From Octopus bimaculoides (lineage: Eukaryota): a DNA stretch of 33,920 nucleotides. This document shows, piece by piece, positions 21,704-33,231 of the stretch. The notes under the pieces are model-generated. The model saw only the letters and a program-made list of their open reading frames with translations, was not told where the DNA came from and did not search any database. The stretch spans positions 147,736,911 to 147,770,830 of the forward strand of contig NC_068984.1 in the NCBI RefSeq assembly GCF_001194135.2, written 5' to 3'. Position 1 is the stretch's first letter. Each line of letters starts with the position of its first letter. The position numbers and the translations under genes were made by a program.

Positions 21704-22013
21704 CCGATATTAGCGATGGATGCAGTATTAATTGAAAATAGCATTATGTATATCATACTTGACACAGATATACTATCGCAAGCCTGGCAACTGCAACATT
21801 CGCCCTGAGAAAGCATCTCGTACAGACGTATAGTTTTTAAGAATCACAGAGATGTATCAGTAGCCGACGAAAAGTGTCTAACAGAGGCAGTGGCATTTCT
21901 GAATACATATTTCTGCTTCTTTGAGCGTCATCATTAGCCAGCATCCACTAAATAGCAGCAAATAAAACGGATAAATATTTATGCTACACATGAGCTCTAA
22001 GAATAGTTAGTTA

Positions 22014-22328
22014 CCGCATTTGATGGCGTAAAAGATGCACGGGCATATTTGGATCAAATATTTCAGCAGCGCATATTCAGGAAAAAGGCCTTTTATTGCA
22101 GTGAGGCATGAAATATTTAAAGCAATTGATCAGTACATTACAAAACATTATAGAAGTACCTTAGCTGTAGTAGTAAACATTATTGTATGTAAAAGGCAAG
22201 TTAGTAGTTTAACTGAATATAAAGCCAGAAATCACATTGGTGAAAAATCGGTCAGGCACAAAATTAGATTACGAGGGTGATTTTTGAGAAATTTTTAGAA
22301 AAAGTGTTTTATATGTCATCAAATACAG
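22014..22328. mobile_element. pogo/Tigger-type MITE (315 bp) with TA TSD
   Basis: TA|CCGCATTTGATGGCGTAAAAGATGCAC ... GTGTTTTATATGTCATCAAATACAG|TA: imperfect ~25-bp TIRs with TA on both sides. Same family as 10220-10394. Confidence 0.8.
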
Positions 22329-23404
22329 TAGTTTATTTTTCATGATTAAAGATACCCATCAACAGATGATGAAGACATATTGACTTTAAAATATCAGAGG
22401 ATGCTACTGAAGACGCTCGTGTCCTCTGAAGGGACATTCATGAAATGAACCAAATGAAAGCAATCGAGAATCGAACTTGGATTACAGAAGCTTTATCATC
22501 TATACAACGACATTCGCCGAGTAGCAATAGCACTATAATTACTAAGCGTTTTGATGTATCCCCATATCTCACAAGAGGAGCTGAGATTGAAACGGTAACT
22601 AATTGTTTTATTTCTGTGTAACGACATCAACTGTATCAATAAATAAAGCACAATTAATTAACTAAACATCGCGCCAATACTGACAATAAATAATTTATAC
22701 CGTTAAGACGGTTTTCGCTTTTGTGAAAACAACGAAAACGCCGTTTTTAGATCTCGAAAAATTGAAAGTTGGGACATTCATGCATTTCCCAGTTGTATAT
22801 GCGACATCAGTGAAGTAAAATTAACCTTCAGGCATGGACGTTTAGGACACGCTTAATGAAAATGCTTTGTTTTCAGATTTTTTTTTAGTTTGCCCATGTT
22901 TCATATGTTGTAATATAAAGCTTTCTTTTCATAAACCCCAAATTACACTGGTGGTTGAAAACAATGGGAATGTGTATCATATATGCACGAATGGCAGATA
23001 AATATGTCCTGTGTATCACATGTAATATACAGAATAGTCAAAAGGTTATCAGAGAACTGGAACTGTTTTACGCTGCTCGCCATTGTAAAGAAAATAGAAA
23101 TATGACATTATATAGCATACTGCAGACTATAGAGTAAATGGATCAGTTCTATTTAAGAACATATCCTGACATTTACTCTAAAATGATCTCTAGAGAAAGC
23201 TTGTGGGTTCGGCTGCTGAAACGCTCTTATTTTGATTAAAATGAGTCTCGTCAGCTTCTGTGAAATCAGAACAACGTATGCTATTTTAGATTGTTTCTTT
23301 AAGTCAGTATTCAGAATCCCTTGAAATTATAGATTTAACCAATGGAGAGAAACAATTTATCAAATATTTTTGGAAGAGGAAGGTATCTTGAAAGTTTTTT
23401 GATC

Positions 23405-23865
23405 TAGAGTGTTCGAGCTAAAGTTGACAATTTGCATAAAAGGAAAAGAAAAACCCAATATATCATCCAAAAATAGAAGAATCTTTAAAAAATCAAAAAT
23501 TATCAACTAGAATATGACAGGGAGAAAACAGTTTACTCAAAGTAGCTGTGCTCAGGCTTCTTCTACGACCTGCAGACGACTCCGGAACCTGGCACATGCG
23601 TCCCTGAGAAGCCCTTCGAACACCTCGTTCATCTTAGCCATCACCTCGGCATTGGTGTCGCATTTCAACCACACCCCACATTTTAGTAATACATCGGCGG
23701 AATTAGGAGTCCAGAAATTGGGGCTGGTGAAGTCGTAGAAATTTTCCGACAACCATTTCTGACTCTTGCCGGAAGTATGGCAAGGAAGGCAATCCTGCTG
23801 TCACACATATGGCCTTCCCGCAGCAACCCTCTCCGGCCAAGGCTTTATCAGCTTTCTATAACCTC
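23405..23865 (-). mobile_element. maT/DD37D-like Tc1-mariner transposon, 3' fragment with terminal repeat
   Basis: Minus strand: KPWPERVAAGRPYV*QQDCLPCHTSGKSQKWLSENFYDFTSPNFWTPNS...DTN...AEVMAKMNEVFEGL...ACARFRSRLQVV...YFE* (stop 23533-23535). The third-Asp region is partly deleted, so the spacing cannot be counted. TIR-like TAGAGTGTTCGAGCTAAAGTTGACA at 23405. Confidence 0.85.
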
Positions 23866-23874
23866 GCATAATCG

Positions 23875-24026
23875 AATATGTATGTATGTGTGTATGTGTG
23901 CGTGTATGTATATATGTGTATGTGAGTATGTATGGATGTATGTGTATGTATGTATATGTATATGTATATATATATCTATATCTATATCTATATCTATATA
24001 TCTATATATATATATATATATATATA
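23875..24026. repeat. (TATG)/(TCTATA)/(TA) microsatellite running into gap 24027-24186
   Basis: Directly visible. Confidence 0.95.
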
Positions 24027-24186
24027 NNNNNNNNNNNNNNNNNNNNNNNNNNNNNNNNNNNNNNNNNNNNNNNNNNNNNNNNNNNNNNNNNNNNNNNNNN
24101 NNNNNNNNNNNNNNNNNNNNNNNNNNNNNNNNNNNNNNNNNNNNNNNNNNNNNNNNNNNNNNNNNNNNNNNNNNNNNNNNNNNNNN

Positions 24187-25469
24187 ACGTCGGTGTTTAT
24201 CAAAATATATTTCATTTCCAAAATTTAATAGAATCTACAGACATTATCTTATTGTTTTGTCAACGTCTGCTTTCAGACTGACGTCCGCTCTCGTCCAGGC
24301 ACTGCTGATAACGCGAAGCAACGGAATCGCAAGCGTCGCGAAACAATTCGTTTGGGGTTTGTGTGCATTTGGTCAATGGCTGCTCTCAAATCACCGACTG
24401 TTGCAGGCTTCATAACGTAGACTTTGTCTTTTACATATCTCCATAAAAATGTGTTGTGGTGTGAGGTCTGGTGAACGCAAAGGGTATTCAAGGGAACCCC
24501 TTCGTCCAATCCACCTGTTTGCCAAGATCTCCTCAAGGAAGGATCTAACATCCCAATGTTAGTGTGGGGGTGCCCCATCTTGCTGAAAATAAAGCTCCTC
24601 ATCTTCAAAGTTTTCTCCAATGCTTAGCATGACAGACTGTTGCAGAAAGTTCACAGTAGCGTCAAAAAAGAATGGTCCAATTAATCTTCTTGATGATAAG
24701 CCACACAACACTGTAACTCCTGGTAAATTAACATGGTGAACATACGGATTCTCAGGTCTCCAGTAAGTGTAATTGTGGCAAACCATTTAATTTGAATGTG
24801 GCCTCATCACTCCACAGAATCTTTGTTGGAAAGTGTGCTTCTTTTATACATTGTGCCAAGTATCACTCGCAATACTGCACTCTTCGGTCTGGATCATCGT
24901 CATTAATAGCATAGACTAATCTTGGAACATAACTTTTCCATTGACAACACTTCAAGATGCTTTGAAGAGACGATTTTGAAATACATACCTCACAACTCGC
25001 TTGCTGCACAGATTTTCTTGGACTCTGGTGATACGTTTCCACAGCACTCCTTCTTGTTTTGTGGGGGTTGTCGATGCTCATGGTTTTGTAGACATCTTCT
25101 GAACAGTTCCATCGGCTTCAAACTTATCTCTAATTCGAATGATGGTAAGTCGCGTTGGTGAATCTGTTTGAAACTCCCTCTTAAACTGTCTTTGCACTTC
25201 AATTGCGTTTTCACACTTCCAGTAGTATTTTAGAATGAATTTCCTTTGTTCAAAGCTTCACTCATTATAATGAGTGGTCCACTGTCACTCATTATAAGTG
25301 TTTCCAATTTCTGAACTTATTTGTACAATGATCCTCACAAGATATAACAAAGTTTCTTTCAGCACTCGATTTCCCATCAAGAATCTTCCAAAACAAATAC
25401 AAAAACCAAAGTACGGAGTTGAAACTTTATTCGATTGAAATAACGATGTCCATAACATTTATAATCTAC
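24187..25469 (-). mobile_element. rosa/DD41D-type Tc1-mariner transposon, near full length, inactivated
   Basis: Fragments from ~25285 to stop 24260: EQRKFILKYYWKCENAIEVQRQFKREF (DUF4817-like HTH), [67 protein letters not shown]...RWIGRRGSLEYPLRSPDLTPQH. There are 41 residues between the QQD Asp and the third-Asp position, which is now His. Multiple stops and frameshifts. Confidence 0.9.
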
Positions 25470-25470
25470 A

Positions 25471-25496
25471 CCGTATTTTCCGGCAGACAAGTCGAC
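25471..25496 (+). mobile_element. Isolated pogo-type terminal inverted repeat remnant
   Basis: CCGTATTTTCCGGCAGACAAGTCGAC resembles the CCGTATTTTxxGGCGTATAAGxCGxAC ends of pogo-like elements. No partner end found. Confidence 0.5.
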
Positions 25497-25498
25497 AA

Positions 25499-25774
25499 AG
25501 TAGACGGAAACTGAAAGAAGCCCGTCGTATATATGTATATATATATGTATGTGTGTGTATATGTTTGCGAGTCTGTGTTTGTTCCCACAAAATCGCTTGA
25601 CAACCGTTGCTGGTGTGTTTATGTCCCCGTAAATTAGCGGTTCGGCAAAAGAGACCGATAGAATAAGTACTAGGCTTACAAAGAATAAGTCCTGGGGTCG
25701 ATTTGCTCGACTAAAGGCGGTGCTCCAGCATGGCCGCAGTCAAATGACTGAAACAAGTAAAAGAGTAAAAGAGT
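25499..25774 (+). mobile_element. SINE family A, 5'-truncated, well-preserved copy
   Basis: GTAGACGGAAACTGAAAGAAGCCCGTCG, a short TA/TG tract, then the full 3' half ending AAGTAAAAGAGTAAAAGAGTA. Confidence 0.92.
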
Positions 25775-26092
25775 ACTTATTTGAAGACTATGGAAATATT
25801 TACAAGATTTTTCATTTAATTTTTTCTTCAATTTAATTGTTCTTGTTTTACTCTTAATTGAAAAAGTCTCAAAGATTGAAACCGGTATTAACCTTTACAA
25901 AATGTATTTCAGGATAAAAACATTTTAGCATTTTCTACCTTAACTTATTTTCCTTATANNNNNNNNNNNNNNNNNNNNNNNNNNNNNNNNNNNNNNNNNN
26001 NNNNNNNNNNNNNNNNNNNNNNNNNNNNNNNNNNNNNNNNNNNNNNNNNNNNNNNCACACACGCACACTCACACATATATACACACACACAT

Positions 26093-26187
26093 ACAACGGG
26101 CTTCCTTCAGTTTCCGTCTACGAAATCCACTCACAAGATTTTAGTTGGCCCAGCGATATAGAAGCCACTTGTCCAAGGTGCTATGCC
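26093..26187 (-). mobile_element. SINE family A 5'-half fragment
   Basis: Reverse complement of CACCTTGG...GTAGACGGAAACTGAAxGAAGCCCG, adjoining (CA)n and gap 25959-26055. Confidence 0.8.
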
Positions 26188-26904
26188 ACGCCTGTGCCTG
26201 TAATAGCAATTCAATAAAAAGCAAAGAAGTGCCAGAAACGAAGAAGCAATGGCTGTTAGATTCGCTCTTCTATATTCAAAGCTCAAGTGTTGCTAGAGTA
26301 ACGTACATGGGTTAGAGATTGTCCGCCCTGGATGACGCTTTTATGAAGGGAGAATACTAGAGGTCTGCTGTATAAGCCTGACTAGGCTGTACGGGATCGG
26401 GGGCGGATGGTAAGCTCGACGGCTACCTCGGGCGACACACGCTCCAGCTATATTATTGATTAGAGCCAACTCTTCCTTTCATCTCACCAGTGTTCAATAA
26501 ACCAAGTACCAGACATATACTGAGGGTTCGTACCAATCAGCCATGTCTATAAAATGTCTAGCATTAGACCAATGTAAGAAATTATTATCAGTACAGAGAA
26601 TTCAGACTATTCTAATGAAGTTACCTTGTGTTGTTTATTATATTTTATTCATAGTCGTTCATGTTAACATTGCTTCATTGAAGATAGCTATTTTTATTTG
26701 TTGTTGTTATTTTTTGTCGTTTTTGTTTTTCATTATTATCTTCTTCGGAGCACATCATAATTGCAGATCATAATTGTTTTGGAATAGAAAACAGATCGAT
26801 GGCTTCTCACGAACAATTGGTTACCAATGGTTGTTTGATGAATAGATTGGTACGTGACCGTCATGTTTAAGCTGCTGTATTATAGTTAACTAGTTAGCTA
26901 GCTA

Positions 26905-27195
26905 GCTCGATAGGTGGGTAGGTGGGTGGATGGATGGATGAATGAATGGATGGATGGATGGATGGATAGAGAGACAGATGGAAGGATATATAAGCCGCAG
27001 ATTGGAGGGATATATAAGTAGGCAGGTAGAGAAGCAGATAGACAGACAGAGAAGCAGAGATAGATGGACAGACGGGCGGACGGTCAGACGTACAGACAAA
27101 CAGAATGACTGACGGACAGATAGCTATCTATCTATCTATCTGTCTATCTGTCTGTCTGTCTGTCTGTCTAGAACTAGCTAGCTAGCAAGCAAGAT
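26905..27195. repeat. Compound tetranucleotide tract (GGAT)n/(GACA)n/(CTAT)n/(CTGT)n/(CTAG)n
   Basis: Directly visible. A further (GACA)n lies at ~27520-27553. Confidence 0.9.
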
Positions 27196-27516
27196 AGATA
27201 GACAAGTAAGGAAAAAATTGGCAGATGTTTCAAATCAAAAGAGTCTGTTTAATTGTAGCTGTGGCTCTTGTCTGCACACGATACTTGATCGTCGTCAACG
27301 TGTCTTGATTATATTTGTCCTGTACTATTAGATAATTTTCCTTAGCTATCGTGTTCCATTGTTTCTTCGTGTGCGGTCAGTGTTCGCGTGGGTGTTGTGT
27401 TGAAGGCAAGTTGATGTTTGTGTGCATGTGAGTGAGAGTATTGTTGTGTGGTCATACAACTGCACTTACAGGATAATATACACATAATATGGCCGTAATA
27501 GTTTTGGAGTGGAGAA

Positions 27517-27555
<39 letters not shown>

Positions 27556-27699
27556 GAGAGTGGGCGCACGTAAGTGTCAGTGTGTCCTTTCTGTTAAAGT
27601 AGATTTGTGCGTGCATACGAGAATGTGTAAAGATAATCGTTCGTGTAGATGGAGAGATGTGTTTAATTTAGTAGCAGTTCGCAAATGTTTTTTTTTTGT

Positions 27700-28061
27700 T
27701 TGTTTGTTTTTTATCTATGGACCCCTTTGATTACTATTTTCTTCAGGTAGGCCTCCAAACCCTTTCGAAGTTTAAAAAGTAGTCTTATTCATAATGTTCT
27801 CAAAACTCGTATTTTGTTTTTAGCATGTTCACTTGTGTAGGTTTGCAATAGCGCTTTCTGAGAGAACGTTTCTGTGGCCGGAAACGTTAAACAATGCTGT
27901 TTCTTACAAAAAAAAAAAAAAAAAANNNNNNNNNNTAAAATTTTTTCATAGACTTTTAAAATACTATTGTGAATATCCAATTTACTATTTTACTTGAGTG
28001 AACCTCATAAAATCTTACGTGGACACCCAGAGATCATATAGTCCCTGGTTGAGAACCACTA
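27700..28061 (+). mobile_element. hAT (Charlie-like) MITE, left end degraded
   Basis: Right terminus GGTTGAGAACCACTA matches the reverse complement of CAGTGGTTCTCAACC. Subterminal ATGGACCCC/GTGGACACCC motifs occur at both ends. Confidence 0.6.
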
Positions 28062-28741
28062 AATTAGAGAGAAAAGGTGAATGAATGGATGTGTGAGCAG
28101 CTGTAAATATACATGTGTTTCTTCGAGCATGAATGCATACTCGATTGTGCAAGAAAATCTATGTAGGTTGAGCAAAATAAGTAGTGATGATGAGAATGTC
28201 GTTGTGTAGGTATGTGTATATGCTTAAATAAGATATACTGTAAAATATATTACTGTATGTAAGGGTATATAAGATACACTTGTCAGACAAAACAATCACC
28301 TTGGGTTCAACATGCAACAATGAACCTCCCATAAGCTTTAATGCATTAAAAACTATTTTTCCTGAATATGCTGAAAATGGCGTCTAACACTTTCAAGTAT
28401 CTTTTATGCCATGAACTATGGTAGTTTAACTATATTATCAGTAAAGGAAGTTAACACAAAATATATTTCATCACGTGTGAATTCTTCATCTTTGTACAAA
28501 CTCTGAATTGACTAAATTCCGTTGACAACAATATATTTATTAATGCAGAGTAAGTGGATTTATGAAAGTTTATATTGTTTTGATAAGTCTTCCAGCAAAC
28601 CTGTCGATGCGTGTACATACACACGTGTATACATGTAAACATACACTTACGTGGTCGCACTAATATACGCAGGCATGCATATGCGTACGCACATATACAC
28701 GTACTCAATTTTTTTTCCATATCATAAACTTTATATGGTTA

Positions 28742-30075
28742 CACTCGACAACAAAGATTATGCTACTGGGGTAAAAGCATGTGTTTTAAACTAAATGGAG
28801 GATGCTGATTCCCAGTCCGCATTCAGAATTGTTCTACCATGTCAGGTCATTGAGTTATGCGCAAGATTATAACTATACTTACGGCTAGAAACAGGACATA
28901 TTATAAAATTTGCTAAAATGAAAGAAATAACAGCAATAAAACAAAAAGTGAGAAAGTTCATTATTTAGTTTAGCAATAGATGGCGCTGACGTATTGTGTG
29001 CAAGCGCCAAATACGTCAGTTTATTCTTAGTAACTCTAAGTGTCATTTGCGCTGCAGTCACGTGTGGTATGTGTTTCTCTCGCTCTACGTGATTACTGTT
29101 TTAACTGAGTTCATTATGTTAGATCATGAAGAGGCGAGGCTGTGTGAATCACCAGAAAACTTTTGTTATGCTACTAAATTAAAAATTGCCCACAAATATT
29201 ATTTCGGGTGTAAAATTGGGGATCAAGACAAGAGGAGGGCACCTCATACATGCTGCACTGTGTGTTACGGAAGGGAATGCCTTTTGCTGCACTAATGGTA
29301 TTGTGTGAGCCAACCAATCATGTCTCTGATTGTTACTTTTGCGTGACTAATATTAGGGGTTTCTCAAAGAAAACCAAAGCAAAAGTTGTGCATGCAGATT
29401 GTAAGTAGGCTCTAAAGCCGGTCCCACATGACTTCGAAAACCCTGTCCCAGTTCCCCTCTCACATGATTCACTTGAAGACCTTGACACGTCACATGATGA
29501 ACCCCCTGATTCTCCTATCGACGAAGAGTACCTAGCTAATTCTAAGAAAAATGAGCCACGCTTGTTTAATCAAGATTTGAACGATTTAATAAGAGACCTG
29601 GCATTGTCAAAGGAGAAGGCAGAAGTTTAGGGATCCAGACTACAGCAACGGAATTTCCTACAGCAAGGCACGAAAATTTCCATTTTCCGTTCTCGCCATG
29701 AAGGCTTATCTGTCTTTTTAAGCAAAGAAATAAAGCTTGCTTCTGTACGGTTGTTAATGCACTCGTGCAAAATCTAGGACACATGCATGTGGCTAACGAA
29801 TGGAGATTGTTTATAGACTCGAGTAAGGTTAGCCTCAAAGCCGTGTTGTTACACAAAGATAAAGAAAAATCATCCATTGCTGTGGGTTATGTGTCGGTAT
29901 GGAAGAAACTCATGAATCGATGGAATTCATTCTGCAAGGAGTTAATTACTCAGCTCGTAAGTGGAATATTTGTAATTTAAAGGTGTTTTCCCTCCTCCTA
30001 GGACTGCACCTGGAGCATGAAACGTTCCAACGCCACTACACTAAAAGGATTGTATCAGTGCAGCAGATGAACTAC
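28742..30075 (+). mobile_element. Chapaev3 (CMC superfamily)-like DNA transposon, 5' half, decayed
   Basis: Left end CACTCGACAACAAA. From ATG 29126: MKRRGCVN.PENFCY...YFGCKIGDQDKRRAPHTCCTVCY...EPTNHVSDCYFCVTNIRGFS...KPVPH...DLNDLIRDLALSKEKAEV*GSRLQQ...EWRLFIDSSKVSLKAVLLH...ETHESMEFIL...YSARKWNIC.LKV..LLLG. The family name comes from recalled motifs. Confidence 0.78.
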
Positions 30076-30278
30076 AAGGAGAGGCGGCTAGAAATACGAC
30101 TTTACTCCTAGGAGCGAAGATGCGACTTTGTTCGAAACGCAAAACACCCTTTCTTTCCTCCCCTGAGCGTCTTATTAATACTTTGTATGTCCCACATCCT
30201 CGCGTTGTGGTTTCTTTTTGTTGTGTTTTTTCTTTATTTTTGGATTAATTAATTACACACACACACACATGTATGTAT

Positions 30279-30310
<32 letters not shown>

Positions 30311-30861
30311 NNNNNNNNNNNNNNNNNNNNNNNNNNNNNNNNNNNNNNNNNNNNNNNNNNNNNNNNNNNNNNNNNNNNNNNNNNNNNNNNNNNNNNNNNN
30401 NNNNNNNNNNNNNNNNNNNNNNNNNNNNNNNNNNNNNNNNNNNNNNNNNNNNNNNNNNNNNNNNNNNNNNNNNNNNNNNNNNNNNNNNNNNNNNNNNNNN
30501 NNNNNNNNNNNNNNNNNNNNNNNNNNNNNNNNNNNNNNNNNNNNNNNNNNNNNNNNNNNNNNNNNNNNNNNNNNNNNNNNNNNNNNNNNNNNNNNNNNNN
30601 NNNNNNNNNNNNNNNNNNNNNNNNNNNNNNNNNNNNNNNNNNNNNNNNNNNNNNNNNNNNNNNNNNNNNNNNNNNNNNNNNNNNNNNNNNNNNNNNNNNN
30701 NNNNNNNNNNNNNNNNNNNNNNNNNNNNNNNNNNNNNNNNNNNNNNNNNNNNNNNNNNNNNNNNNNNNNNNNNNNNNNNNNNNNNNNNNNNNNNNNNNNN
30801 NNNNNNNNNNNNNNNNNNNNNNNNNATATGGGCTAAACTGGCAATATGACCATCCCCAAGT

Positions 30862-30904
<43 letters not shown>

Positions 30905-30942
30905 CATATACGTGTGAGTGTCTGTGTATTGTTATTCTAAGA

Positions 30943-31389
30943 CAGGGTCACCAAACTACGACCTGCGAGGTCAGTTCATCCGGCCCGCCGCTGCACTGTA
31001 CCTTTTATGTAAGTACCTGCAATGGGAGTTCATTTGCCTCTGGTATGGCATCAGTGAAGTATGCACATCGAACGAGGTTGAGCGATGAATACTTGAAAGC
31101 AATTCTCTTGATTAGAGGCAGCAATTCCAAAGCTAAACACCAGTTTCACAAATCTCACCAACCTTTTTTGCTGCTTATTTTGTGAGATTCGGATCCGTGT
31201 GCACTGGGTGTGATATCACTATTTATTGCTAATGTCGAGTTCTTTGATAACTGTTTGGTAAATAAATATGTTGGTTGTTTTTATTTTTTGTGTATTCACT
31301 GTATTGTAGTGAACAAAATGATTATGCGGCTCGCGCTCGTCATTTTCTCAGTTATTTGGTCCACCGTGGAAAAAGCTTAGTGACCCCTG
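30943..31389 (+). mobile_element. Non-autonomous hAT-Charlie/SPIN-like element with 8-bp TSD
   Basis: TIRs CAGGGTCACCAAACT / AGCTTAGTGACCCCTG. TSD TTCTAAGA (30935-30942) vs CTCTAAGA (31390-31397). Internal remnant SVKYAHRTRLSDEYLKAILLIRGSN...KHQFHKSH resembles the GTF2IRD2/SPIN-type transposase C-terminus. Confidence 0.9.
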
Positions 31390-31416
31390 CTCTAAGAAAC
31401 TAATAATTATAGTAAT

Positions 31417-31629
31417 CCTTTCTACGAAAAGCACATGGACTGAAATTTGGTAGGAGGGGGACCAATCGATAACATTGATCCCAGTGTTTCATTTGTATTT
31501 AATTTATCAACCCCGAAAGGATAAAAGGTGAAGTCGATCTCGGCGGAATTTGAACTCAAAACGTAGTGGGAACGAAATGCCGCTAAGCATTTTACCCGGC
31601 GTGCTAACGATTCTGCCAGCTCGCTGCCT
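31417..31629 (-). mobile_element. tRNA-derived SINE, family C, full length (copy 1)
   Basis: Minus-strand head AGGCAGCGAGCTGGCAGAATCGTTAG (A-box-like) and GAGTTCAAATTCC (B-box-like); 3' end CTTTTCGTAGAAAGG followed by an (ATT)-type tail. Confidence 0.9.
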
Positions 31630-31650
31630 TTCACTGATAATTATAATAAT

Positions 31651-31869
31651 CCTTTCTACTATGGCACAAGGCCTGAAATTTGAGGGAGTTGGATGGATAG
31701 TCGATTTAATCGACCCCTCCTCGTGTTTCTCTGGTACTTGATTTATCGACCCCTAAAGGATGAAAAGCAAAGTCGACCTCAGCAGAATTTGAACTCAGAA
31801 TGTAGCGACAGGTGAAAAACCGCTAAGCATTCCGCCCGGTGTGCTAACGATTTTACCGGCTTGCCGCCT
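31651..31869 (-). mobile_element. tRNA-derived SINE, family C, full length (copy 2) with 19-bp TSD
   Basis: Same family as copy 1. Flanked by identical CACTGATAATTATAATAAT at 31632-31650 and 31870-31888. Confidence 0.92.
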
Positions 31870-32319
31870 CACTGATAATTATAATAATGACAATTAGAAA
31901 ATTGTTTGTTATTAAACCTAATAAAACTAATTATTGGCTGTAGAATCTATAAAAACAAAACCAGTGCACATATGAAAACGCTAGATTTATGACAAACACC
32001 ATAATTTCGTTTGCTTTGTCCGTATAATAATAGATCATCTGTTGGGAGGCAGACGACTCAGTCATCTGACATTAGTATTCATGGCCCTTATTTTAAAAAT
32101 AATGAATCGTATAACAAAACAAAAGCAAAAAAGCAACTATTCTTCTTATTCATTAATATTCATAATTTTCTTCGCATTTTTACCAGAAACGAACGGTAAA
32201 GAAAAATAATGAAGATTAAAATAAAATACAGAATGAAACTGGTGAGAAATCCAGACATGCAAAGGTGACCTCTCTTTGTCAGTAAATATACTTTACTTCA
32301 GATCTGTCCGAAACGTTGT

Positions 32320-32410
32320 GAAGGCTCGCGGCTATATGGCTAGGGTGTGCGGCTCATAATCATAAAGTTGCCGTTTCAATTCCGGGTGGTGTGTTGCCTC
32401 CTCTCGAAAG
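32320..32410 (+). mobile_element. Degenerate SINE head (family D-like)
   Basis: GAAGGCTCGCGGCTATATGGCTAGGG...GTTTCAATTCCGGGTGGTGTGTTG parallels 10896-10985. Confidence 0.55.
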
Positions 32411-32806
32411 CTGTCTTTCCCTCATGATGCAACATTCTTGATGTTCCACTGGAGCAAGGCTGAAGGAGCCGAGACAATGTCTATGTGTGATCGCGACAAC
32501 ATACGCACCTAAAACAATTAGTGAAAACATAGTATTTGTATATTAGTGCTTAGCCCGTGCGCCTCAACTCAATCTCCGAGTCAGACAGGCAATATACAGA
32601 GAAATCCCGAGAGCAGTAACAAATACGGCAGACTCCTGAAGAAGACAGCAGAAAACAACAATCATAATGTCATGAGTGGTTTATTATACCGGTCTTTTAA
32701 GCCGAAACGCTAATTTAGCGAGACAAACCAGCATATATATATAATAATAATATAGATAATATATGAATTTATAAATATTAATATGGCAGTGACGTAAACA
32801 AACCAG

Positions 32807-32881
32807 CACGATAGTAGGGGACAAACACGATAGTAGGGGATAAACATGCTAGTAGGGGACAACATGATAGTAGAGGACAAA
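32807..32881. repeat. Four-copy 18-19-bp minisatellite CA(C/T)GATAGTAGGGGACAAA
   Basis: Units start at 32807, 32826, 32845 and 32863. Confidence 0.9.
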
Positions 32882-33139
32882 CGTAGACAAGCGCACACCA
32901 ACACACACATCCGTTAATGTTATAGCGCCGGCAGAAATGTATGCATGAACATGATCTATCCGATGTCCATGGATGCTACGGACTGTACTGTAATCATCTC
33001 CAGAATACGGACTATGATCTTAAGAAACGTGATTTATGGAAACGCGCGTAGCGATGCTTTTCAATATTTATAAATTCCATCCAAGGATTGTTATCATTAT
33101 TGTTATTAATGTGTGTATATGAGAGTGCGTGTGTGTGTA

Positions 33140-33231
33140 TACGACGAGCTTCTTTCAGTTTCCATCTATTAAATCCACTAAGAAAAGCTCTGGCTGGTCC
33201 GAAGCCATAGTAGAAGACACTTGCTCAAGCT
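33140..33231 (-). mobile_element. SINE family A 5'-half fragment
   Basis: Reverse complement of GCAAGTGTCTTCTACTATGGCTTCGG...GATGGAAACTGAAAGAAGCTCGTCGTA. Confidence 0.8.

Noticed and set aside
22366-22448. Possible terminal exon DDEDILTLKYQRMLLKTLVSSEGTFMK*; similar open stretches at ~22750-22815 and 22955-23137
   Set aside because: Poor acceptors and no homology recognised; expected by chance in 34 kb.
32631-32724. CUGAAGA...GAAACGCUA-AUU-UAGCG as a hammerhead
   Set aside because: There is no UH cleavage triplet after helix III, the helix II base is unpaired, and helix I is poor. At best a very decayed Penelope-like remnant.
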